From a virus: a stretch of DNA of 46,043 bases. The notes under the pieces are model-generated. The model was not told the DNA's origin and made no database searches. It saw nothing but the letters and a program-made list of their open reading frames with translations. Where the stretch lies: IMG/VR virus record IMGVR_UViG_3300025669_000006. One strand, given 5' to 3'. Made by a program: the position numbers and the translations under genes. Positions 40,101 through 46,043 of this stretch are shown here, piece by piece. The stretch's first letter is position 1. Each line of letters begins with the position of its first letter.

Positions 40101-40536
40101 GATCCAGAGCGTCCCCGGTCTTGCCGACACCGACCGCTGCCGCAATTGCGCTCTCTTCAAGGATTCCCAGCGCGTCGGCTTCTGATATGCCGGCAGAGAG
40201 CGCCTGATACATATCGTTCGTAGCTTGGACAGCATCTTGCCCCATGGCCTCGGAATAGTCGAGCACTCCTTCCGTGAGTGCCTCCATATTCTCGACGCCT
40301 AGCGTGCCAATGTTGCGCATGCCTGCATCAAAAGTGATGTTCGCTTTTATCACAAGACCGACCGCCGCCGCCGTTGCGGCCCCCACGGCAAGCATGCCTG
40401 TGCTGATCGTGCTCGATACGTTGCCAAAGGACTTCTTAGCGCTGGACTGAATGTCGCGGAATTCGCCCTTGACTTTGCTTATGCCCTTCGACGAATACAG
40501 GAGCCTCAGTTTCGCCAGGTCTGTTTCTGCTGCCAT
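37189..40536 (-). CDS. Tail tape measure protein (1115 aa)
   Basis: N-terminal TP901-type TMP core (TIGELGSVMGRVAPIASQAGISMEELFASIATSTSQGIKTSEAISGLKAAITSILKP). Central Ala/Thr/Gly hydrophobic block. Long coiled-coil C-terminal half. Preceded by the G/GT pair. Confidence 0.85.
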   Translation of the reverse strand: MAAETDLAKLRLLYSSKGISKVKGEFRDIQSSAKKSFGNVSSTISTGMLAVGAATAAAVGLVIKANITFDAGMRNIGTLGVENMEALTEGVLDYSEAMGQDAVQATNDMYQALSAGISEADALGILEESAIAAAVGVGKTGDALDLGTSLLNAYGRAAVAGANDQEKFSNIMGLATKAVKLGKTTIGELGSVMGRVAPIASQAGISMEELFASIATSTSQGIKTSEAISGLKAAITSILKPTKEATALSKAMGFDFSASGLKAKGLGGFVAELTEKIQEQGPALVEQRDKMKEQIAAMEEAEGGTKEFKKELSGLKDTYKGLESVSEDQLTMMAAMFGSVEGLNIMLSQASEGGAAKFKQAVEGMGTAQADMMVEWEKFKKENPKLAYDQMQATIRRLAIDMGALLLPILKTTIEWLRPIVNLFGWFVKTPVGGAITKIAVGLMLLALPLGLILKTSSTLFAVWKGLAGLKVVGWLVGLATGWTAVGAAATTAAATTTAAAAATTTAVAATGTSFAALTATTTATGVAATGVGAMLAGVTVAGAMAAAGAFTIAASVIGFTTYELYQSAKAIYETNKAHKRSAEVLADSFEMQNKYITKLREKGIVLSNEAMKEMDLAQRTDYINRQVQATKEGAIKADIAAALTREQLIAASEARLTLGMDNAQARAVALSGITAQQIFDISLLGETEREAKIRELEGIEVVAVAKAEAVEKERTYTTDWFKERSDQFEWAEHKEREIARLKNVLLEEGLDASVSTLRRLQQLQAERDAGEEEFFAREQYRIATGMDAKDAAAYKEELRLAEIQETQLWFADAQTQSLEAQIRDSDDLWATNRSTSLSSLKAHGTEVLTHEQWLARNKASRYRKGTEKIVDHEKKLTELLGAEKDAQLEKFVKAAEVEGADAKKQAQAVSDFKLGLMNDDTDAMIDNFEKQAIATANGLGMQKGEYEAFFADLKREAEAFRQAMQYATDPSQTGSPSLIQQVEQGFAKWMPGWRNNWEAIGRVAVEARGRIAENINYGMSATGAILPRPQAAMAEGRNAIVAAAAPILQGAGSGFSATRSGGSRERSRLENRAQDAAQEFHFHGSMTVREEADIKKLGREFGRVVRLEAARVGS

Positions 40537-40548
40537 TGTCGCTCCTGT

Positions 40549-41564
40549 CTACACTGGCCCGCTGCGTCCGCCACGGCCCATGATTGCGCCGACGGGCATA
40601 ACGCGTGCCTTCCCAAGTATCCGCCTATTCGCCGCCTGCATGCGCTCCCTCGCCATCGCATCTAAGACCATCCACACTTGTTCCCATCGCAGCTCGGCGG
40701 GAACCGCGAATGCCTTGACACCAACAGCCTCGCCGACGGTTCGGAAGATTCCTAGGAGCGCTAAGCCTTCGCCGCGTTTTGGACTGCGCCCGCCATCTCG
40801 GCTTGTGCGCCCAGGAACTTTGCGGCGATGGCGTTTTCTTCGGCTAAAGGGTTAGAGAACATCCTGAGCCGCGTAAAGGCGTGAATCATCTGGTTGTCCG
40901 TAGTGGATACCTTCAGAGCTTCTGTCTGCTCTTCGGTGAATTTGTCCGGGAAGAAAGCAAGGACCGTTTCAAACACCTTGTCAAGATACGCTCTGCGCTT
41001 CGTCTGCCAGTCCTTGCGGGCTTCCTTGAATGTTTCGTGCGCGGTGTCTGCGTCCCGCTGCGTTATAGGCCGCTCCGTGTCTGCCGCGAAGCGACGCACC
41101 AAAAGAAGCAGCGCTTCATCCGTTGTGTCTGGGTTTTGGAGTGCGGCGCGCAAATCATCGTCCACGAAAGCAGGGATACTCCCGTGCGTGGGGGTCGCGC
41201 CTTCAGCTCTCAGCGCCTTGCTTTCAAGCGACAATTCGGCGAGGGCTTCGTCCGCCGTTTGTGCCGCCTGCCTCTTGATGCGTGCCAGCTCACCGCGTAG
41301 TGACTGGTACAGCGCGGAGGCGCGCTGCATCGTCTCCATGCTCTCGTTGAGAGGGTCTTGGAGGTCTACCACTTCCTCTGCCTTTCGCATCCACTCGTCC
41401 GCGCTGGCAATGGTAAGGAGAGGCGCCTCGTGGCGCGTGCCTTCGGCGTCGGTGAATAGATGAACTTTTCGATTCATCATTACGTCTTCGTCCGTTCGCT
41501 CGAAAACCTTCAATTCTGACGTTTCCATAATAGGTTCCCTTCGGTTGTGTTTCGGGCCTCTCAA
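40549..41564 (-). CDS. Tail assembly chaperone GT, produced by -1 programmed ribosomal frameshift at 40851-40845
   Basis: The -1 frame opens exactly at the heptamer (a TAA lies immediately upstream in that frame). It runs 98 codons (SRRKRH...GIFRTVGEAVGVKAFAVPAELRWEQVWMVLDAMARERMQAANRRILGK...) to TAG 40551-40549, 12 nt before the TMP ATG. This fills the otherwise empty 225-nt gap. Confidence 0.6.
40761..41564 (-). CDS. Tail assembly chaperone G (unusually long, 255-267 aa)
   Basis: Position between the major tail protein and TMP. The slippery site lies near its 3-prime end. A likely start is ATG 41528 (METSELKVF). Confidence 0.6.
   Translation of the reverse strand: MRGPKHNRREPIMETSELKVFERTDEDVMMNRKVHLFTDAEGTRHEAPLLTIASADEWMRKAEEVVDLQDPLNESMETMQRASALYQSLRGELARIKRQAAQTADEALAELSLESKALRAEGATPTHGSIPAFVDDDLRAALQNPDTTDEALLLLVRRFAADTERPITQRDADTAHETFKEARKDWQTKRRAYLDKVFETVLAFFPDKFTEEQTEALKVSTTDNQMIHAFTRLRMFSNPLAEENAIAAKFLGAQAEMAGAVQNAAKA
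40845..40851 (-). promoter_or_regulatory. Slippery heptanucleotide C CCU UUA (X XXY YYZ) for the G/GT -1 frameshift
   Basis: Minus strand reads AAC CCT TTA GCC in the G frame. Plus strand taaaggg at 40845-40851. Confidence 0.6.
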
Positions 41565-41575
41565 TTCGTGTAAGG

Positions 41576-42427
41576 CTACGCGCCCCAGAAGTGACGCTTC
41601 GCCACAAAGTGGACACCGCCCACAATTACATCGAACGTGTCGAAGATGATCTCCGGCTCAACGATGTCGGTGTTGATGTACATCTCCTCGGATTCGATAT
41701 TCGGGGAGACTTTCATGACCTCTAGGATGCCGACATCCGTCTCGATGGCCAGCGCCACATACGATGCCTCCACTCCCCGCGCCCGCAATGTTTGTACGTG
41801 CGCTGTTAGATCGAAATGGGGCTGCATGAAAGCAAGGTCATCCTCGCCCGTGTCGTAGAACGACATGACAAGGTTCTGGAGGGCTGCATGCAGGATGTGA
41901 CGTTCGCGGGGGCGTGCGTCGCCGATCCCCATGATGTCGCGAACCGCGCCGCCCATTGCGGCCTTGACTCCCTTTTCCAGGTCTATGCCCGGCACGTCCG
42001 TCCAGGTGGCGCCGCCCGCCGTGCCCGGTGTCGTTTCTACCGGGACGGCGGTACCAGCGCCGCCCGTAAGTGACGCAGGATCCGTGGTCATGATCGCGAT
42101 GTTTTGGTAGCCGAGATCGCGAATGAACGTGCATACGAACGGGCCACCCGCTGCGCCTGTGACACTGATATTGCCTTCGCCGATGCTGGACAGCGCTTCG
42201 AGCGCCGCCTCGACGGTTTCGCCGAGTGCGTCAAATGCGATGGCTGCGCTGGTCGCTCCGCCGAAGGTGGCGGTGAAGGTTCCGCCTGTGGCGTCCACCG
42301 TGACGGTCTGAATTTCATTTACAGGGGTTACAGACGCAGGCCATGTCTGGGGGGCGCTTGCCGCGATTGATGGCAAGGCGGCGTTCACCGCTGCGTATTT
42401 GACTGCTACTACATTGCTGATGGCCAT
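41576..42427 (-). CDS. Major tail (tube) protein candidate with an N-terminal ~90-aa display module (283 aa)
   Basis: Immediately upstream of G/GT and TMP. The module VNEIQTVTVDATGGTFTATFGGATSAAIAFDALGETVEAALEALSSIGEGNISVTGAAGGPFVCTF is homologous to the insert in 4080..4805. Confidence 0.6.
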   Translation of the reverse strand: MAISNVVAVKYAAVNAALPSIAASAPQTWPASVTPVNEIQTVTVDATGGTFTATFGGATSAAIAFDALGETVEAALEALSSIGEGNISVTGAAGGPFVCTFIRDLGYQNIAIMTTDPASLTGGAGTAVPVETTPGTAGGATWTDVPGIDLEKGVKAAMGGAVRDIMGIGDARPRERHILHAALQNLVMSFYDTGEDDLAFMQPHFDLTAHVQTLRARGVEASYVALAIETDVGILEVMKVSPNIESEEMYINTDIVEPEIIFDTFDVIVGGVHFVAKRHFWGA

Positions 42428-42436
42428 TTTCTTCTC

Positions 42437-42883
42437 CTAATCGGGGGGGTTGATTACTGCGTCTGAGTACAGCAGTACAAAGGGCCTGACGCCTGACGGC
42501 GTCTTGATAAGGCTCCCGCTATTCACACCAGGCGTTGCGCCCAATAATGCGCCCGACGCCACTCGTTCGTTTGTTGCGATTCTAAGTTGTCTGCGTGCCG
42601 CAAGCGAGACCGATACGGCATCGCCTTCATCATCCGAGCCACCATAGCACCTAAGCTGCGCCCGGACTTTTGATACCGATGATCCGCCTAAAGACATGTC
42701 CGAGTCGATGACAATCACTACGGCGGCGGCGGCATGGTCGTAGCCTGTCGGAAGATCCGTTGTGTATACCCTCGCGCCAACGAGCGGGTATAGAAGCGAT
42801 GCAACGGATACGTTCGTGGTTTCGAGTTGCAGGAACTCTGAGAGGACAAGCGCGGCATCTGCTTCTATTCCTAGATCTCTCAT
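42437..42883 (-). CDS. Tail terminator / tail completion protein (DUF3168-like), 148 aa
   Basis: Start at ATG 42883 in an ATGA overlap. LVGARVYTTDLPTGYDHAAAAVVIVI fits the pattern ..rvy....P.......p.ivv. Position is just before the major tail protein. Confidence 0.5.
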   Translation of the reverse strand: MRDLGIEADAALVLSEFLQLETTNVSVASLLYPLVGARVYTTDLPTGYDHAAAAVVIVIDSDMSLGGSSVSKVRAQLRCYGGSDDEGDAVSVSLAARRQLRIATNERVASGALLGATPGVNSGSLIKTPSGVRPFVLLYSDAVINPPD

Positions 42884-43257
42884 CTGAAAATCCCGCGTGC
42901 GTGAGTGACGGCGATCCCGCGCACCTTCTGGGCTACTGTCATGGCAGCCGGAAACAGAAACGGGCGGATCGCCTCTTGCCATTGAGCGTACGTGGCGGAT
43001 GATACGACTGCCGCATCAAACCCTATAGGAAGCCTTGAGCCGTCCAGTATTGCACGGGTCGCGCCGAGCATATCGCCGGTCACCACCTGACCGCGATTGT
43101 CCCCGTCTTTATGCTGGAACGGAGTGTTGATGTTGACTTTTGCCTGGGCTTCTGTGGCCAAAGCTACCTCTCGTAGTGTGTGGCTTGAATGTTTGGCCAG
43201 CTTGATCAGAACAGCATCTCCGTCCCAGTCAATCTTGAAGTTCTTGTTCTCTGCCAT
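42880..43257 (-). CDS. HK97 gp10-like neck/tail-completion protein (125 aa)
   Basis: Size, position and the VVTGDMLGATRAIL segment (dTG.L..si pattern). Confidence 0.55.
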   Translation of the reverse strand: MAENKNFKIDWDGDAVLIKLAKHSSHTLREVALATEAQAKVNINTPFQHKDGDNRGQVVTGDMLGATRAILDGSRLPIGFDAAVVSSATYAQWQEAIRPFLFPAAMTVAQKVRGIAVTHARGIFR

Positions 43258-43745
43258 TACGCCTGCCCCGTGACCAGAATGACCGGGCCCATCATAGACG
43301 CAAGCCGCTGCACAATAGGCCCGATAAACGTGTAGAGCCTCGGGCTTTCCAGGGCGATCCCTCCTGTGTGCGTCAACTCAATCCGATCATGCTGGTCAAT
43401 TGTGGCTTCAATGTTGAAAGGCAACGAAAATCTTCCGGCCCCTTCCGCAGCTTCCTCGGCTCCGCCGCTCTCTGAGGAGCTGAGCCCCGCGAAGTTGCAG
43501 CGCGTCGTGTACTCGAAAGAGGGATGGAGTCCGTCATAATCCCCATACTCGTTTTTGACAGGTCGCCCGCCTCCCGTGACATCGTTCGGAACCACAAGCC
43601 GCTTGACGGTAGCCTGGTCGAAAAACGCACCGGTCCGAGCAAGCCTGATCGCGGTTGTCATCGAAGCAGGGATCGCGCTAGGAAGCAAGGGGGATGGAGC
43701 TTCCGGCAATTCAAACTCTGTGAATGGAATCCCTATGACAGACAT
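43257..43745 (-). CDS. Head-closure / head-tail adaptor candidate (162 aa)
   Basis: Start at ATG 43745 in a TAATG overlap with the upstream stop. Call rests on position in the neck block. Confidence 0.45.
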   Translation of the reverse strand: MSVIGIPFTEFELPEAPSPLLPSAIPASMTTAIRLARTGAFFDQATVKRLVVPNDVTGGGRPVKNEYGDYDGLHPSFEYTTRCNFAGLSSSESGGAEEAAEGAGRFSLPFNIEATIDQHDRIELTHTGGIALESPRLYTFIGPIVQRLASMMGPVILVTGQA

Positions 43746-44881
43746 TAGGACACCTCTATATCCTTGGTGCTTGTGCCATATGCGTCGTTTTTGTAAAAAT
43801 GGATCGTGTAGGTGATACCTGAGTTCAGATACATCGGATATGCCCATTCACCCAAAGAATTAGTGGTGGCCTGACCGCGAACAACACGCCCGCCAGCGTC
43901 ATATTCACTCTTCACGTATGCGCGTACATCAGCACCGTCAATCCCGTTCCCTCCTCCATCCAAATATTTCAAATCGCCACCACCAACGGCATCATTATCA
44001 TGGTCTACCGCTACATCACCAGAGCCTGCACCACCCACGCCATCAAGCTGATCACTGAGCGTTTCAAGTGTGTCGCCGCCCGCGCCTTCTTTCGCGGTCT
44101 GCTCTCCGAACGATGCCGCAGCCACATGGTCGGCTATGGCCTCATCCCACACCGCGTCAGCAACGTCTGCGGCACTTGGAGCCGCGCCACTGGTCAGCGT
44201 CCGCGTGACAGCGGCCCAGACTGCTGTAGCGGTGTCTGCAACTAACGTCCCGAAACTGGTCAAGGTTCGAGCGCCCACGGACCATACGTCCGCCGCCGCG
44301 TGCGTCGAAAATCCCACCGCCGTAGCCCATGCTCCTTGATTGGTTTGCAGCTCGTTGGTGTCTACGAGAATCGCGTCTACGTTTGTATCCACCGTAGTCA
44401 GTGCGCCAGCCTGTGCTGCTGTCTTGGCTGCGTCATACGCGCCAGTCAACGTCATGGCGTCACCAGGGACAGCCGCAGTTCCCGCAGCATCCGGGACTAC
44501 AACATTGAAGCCCGTGGCCTTCGATGCCGCTCTGCTTGCAGCGTCCGTCACCACCTCAGCAGTCACCGAAGCGGCTACGCGCTGCTCTGGTTCTGTGTAT
44601 GCAATGACAGGTCGAATGGTGATGTCTGCCGTGGAGCTTGCCGCCTGCAGCACCACCAAGTCCGCGTTCGTCTCGGCCTGAAGCATGTCGAATATGTAAA
44701 TGCCTGGTGCATCTGTCGCGTCTAGTTCTGTGGGATTCGCGTCATTAGTGGCCGCTGTGGCTGCGCCGTCCTTGCTAATCTGCGCTGTGATTTGTGCGGC
44801 GTCGCCCGTCTTCGGATCACCAGAGGCGTCAACGGCAAATACCGCAATCTTCTGCGCGCCTTTGTTTTTGTAGATTGCCAT
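43745..44881 (-). CDS. Ala/Thr/Asp-rich virion fibre-like structural protein (378 aa)
   Basis: Follows the beta-helix protein by 2 nt. N-terminus IAVFAVDASGDPKTGDAAQITAQISKDGAATAATNDANPTELDATDAPGIYIFDMLQAETNADLVVL is typical of phage fibre or decoration N-domains (memory, weak). Confidence 0.5.
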   Translation of the reverse strand: MAIYKNKGAQKIAVFAVDASGDPKTGDAAQITAQISKDGAATAATNDANPTELDATDAPGIYIFDMLQAETNADLVVLQAASSTADITIRPVIAYTEPEQRVAASVTAEVVTDAASRAASKATGFNVVVPDAAGTAAVPGDAMTLTGAYDAAKTAAQAGALTTVDTNVDAILVDTNELQTNQGAWATAVGFSTHAAADVWSVGARTLTSFGTLVADTATAVWAAVTRTLTSGAAPSAADVADAVWDEAIADHVAAASFGEQTAKEGAGGDTLETLSDQLDGVGGAGSGDVAVDHDNDAVGGGDLKYLDGGGNGIDGADVRAYVKSEYDAGGRVVRGQATTNSLGEWAYPMYLNSGITYTIHFYKNDAYGTSTKDIEVS

Positions 44882-44883
44882 TG

Positions 44884-46043
44884 CTATGCTCCTATCGTCT
44901 GCGGTTCTGGCAGGTCTATCCCACCGCCAGAGAGCGTGCCGGTCTTCTCTCCATCGTAGTCAATCCACGTCACGCCGCTCTCTACCTCATCCAGTTCAAG
45001 TCCGACGGCCACGCCGCTCTCTGTTACCTCCGCCAGTGTGCCGCTGCTATACATGGCGGATACTCGCATGATTACGTATACTGTAGCGCCTGTTGTGTTC
45101 GCCCACGAGACGCTAAGATTCTGTTCGTTGGTGTTGCCTATGAAGTCGTCCGAGTCAAGTACAGCACCTCCGTAGTGCATGAGTAACTGTAGCCCAGCCG
45201 TCATGCTCGCATCACTCATTGTGCCGACTAGCGTAGCAAGTACGGTTGTGCCTGTCGGGACTGAATAGATAATTTGTCGGTATGCCGGAAATGCTGCATC
45301 TTCGCATGTGTGCGTAAAATTACCTGAGCCAGTAGCACGGGCCGTCTCGCCCCCTGCGGTTCTTGCGGATAGCGCGCCAGCTACACCGCCGTCGTTGGCC
45401 ACTTCGTTATATGTATGGCCTGTATATGCACTGGTACACTCTCGCCATTTTATGCCTGTGCCGAAGGTTAGACCAGTGGCCAGAACTTGCCTAACTCGGC
45501 GAAAATGATATGAATTGCCCCCGAAGGCTCCGCCCCCTATCGTGTTGGCGTCGCACTGGTACAGGCCGACGGAGCAGCCGCTCGGCGAGCATGTGGTGAT
45601 TGCGTTCGCGTGGCAGCCGTACAGGCCGCGGGGGCAGCCGCTCGGCGAGCATGTGGTGATTGTATTCGCGTCGCAGGCGTACAGGCCGCTGGTGCAGCCG
45701 CTCGGCGAGCATGTGGTGATTGTATTCGCGTCGCAATAGATCAGGCCGCTGGAGCAGCCGCTCGGCGAGCATGTGGTGATTGTATTCGCGACGCAGGCGC
45801 ACAGGCCGCGGTCAAAATTGCGAACGCCTAAGCTGAGCACGCTGCCTGTAACGCTGTGAAGCCCATACGTGCCAGAGTCCGTCACTCCGGTCAGCATGAT
45901 ATTGCGCGACACCAAACTAACCTTAGAACCAATCACCTTAGTGGCTGCGAGTCCAGCGTCAAGTGTGACATAGGAACCTCCGCCATCGTTGCCCGTGTTC
46001 ACTATCGCAAACTCTTCGCTTACCCTGGTAGCTGCATTGTCTA
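44884..46043 (-). CDS. Beta-helix/tail-fibre-like protein, C-terminal segment of the junction-spanning gene (45917-46043 duplicates 1-127)
   Basis: The ORF stays open upstream of the listed GTG (46002) to the window edge and continues at 127..620. It contains 4.5 Cys-rich 20-aa repeats. Confidence 0.7.
   Translation of the reverse strand, partial: DNAATRVSEEFAIVNTGNDGGGSYVTLDAGLAATKVIGSKVSLVSRNIMLTGVTDSGTYGLHSVTGSVLSLGVRNFDRGLCACVANTITTCSPSGCSSGLIYCDANTITTCSPSGCTSGLYACDANTITTCSPSGCPRGLYGCHANAITTCSPSGCSVGLYQCDANTIGGGAFGGNSYHFRRVRQVLATGLTFGTGIKWRECTSAYTGHTYNEVANDGGVAGALSARTAGGETARATGSGNFTHTCEDAAFPAYRQIIYSVPTGTTVLATLVGTMSDASMTAGLQLLMHYGGAVLDSDDFIGNTNEQNLSVSWANTTGATVYVIMRVSAMYSSGTLAEVTESGVAVGLELDEVESGVTWIDYDGEKTGTLSGGGIDLPEPQTIGA
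45541..45810 (-). repeat. Tandem 60-bp coding repeat, 4.5 copies
   Basis: Units 45541-45600, 45601-45660, 45661-45720 and 45721-45780, plus a half unit. They share ...gcagccgctcggcgagcatgtggtgattgtattcgcg... and encode C(D/H)AN(T/A)ITTCSPSGCxxGL(Y/I)x. Confidence 0.95.
45917..46043. repeat. Terminal redundancy, right copy (identical to 1-127)
   Basis: Same as the left copy. A 127-bp length is typical of an assembler k-mer overlap (inference). Confidence 0.95.

Noticed and set aside
45917-46043. Terminal repeat as a biological element (phage DTR, LTR or IS end).
   Set aside because: The exact 127-bp length equals a common assembler k-mer. It falls in the middle of an ORF that is continuous across the join, and it has no inverted-repeat or target-duplication features. 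It is best explained as a circular assembly overlap.

Overview
The window is a complete, circularly closed tailed-phage genome. Bases 1-127 are identical to 45917-46043, so the unique length is 45916 bp. One ORF, a beta-helix/fibre-like protein, reads straight through the junction. The DNA looks GC-rich by eye. Every convincing protein gene is on the minus strand, in tightly packed operons with many ATGA/TAATG start-stop overlaps. Gene order along the minus strand: (1) Early operon 1, driven by a sigma70-like promoter at 27852-27880: pentapeptide-repeat protein, small membrane proteins, Dam-like MTase. (2) Early operon 2, driven by a duplicated promoter at 25227-25255: acidic protein, Erf, RusA, wHTH. 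(3) A 336-bp non-coding control region (21730-22065). (4) Replication and DNA-modification genes: SMC/SbcC-like ATPase, SSB, ASCH fusion, PAPS-reductase-like protein, C5-MTase. (5) Packaging and head genes: TerS, TerL, portal, MuF, scaffold, decoration, major capsid. (6) Neck and siphovirus-type tail genes: major tail protein, G/GT chaperone with -1 frameshift, 1115-aa tape measure, Dit, Tal. (7) A lysis-like cassette, closed by an intrinsic terminator at 27987-28029. I recognised no tRNA, rRNA, CRISPR array, integrase, transposase or reverse transcriptase. Three observations stand out. First, the C5-methyltransferase locus carries two co-extensive 379-codon ORFs on the same strand, one nucleotide apart, and both contain methyltransferase-family motifs. 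Second, the only plus-strand transcription unit is a promoter-plus-terminator pair that would make an ~83-nt RNA. Its hairpin loop is complementary to a conserved start-associated leader found in front of at least eight phage genes. Third, protein modules are re-used: one display module sits in both a capsid and a tail-tube protein, one C-terminal module is shared by two signal-anchored proteins, and one fibre carries a Cys-rich 20-aa repeat. All functional calls rest on motifs I recognised by reading the translations. No database search was possible.
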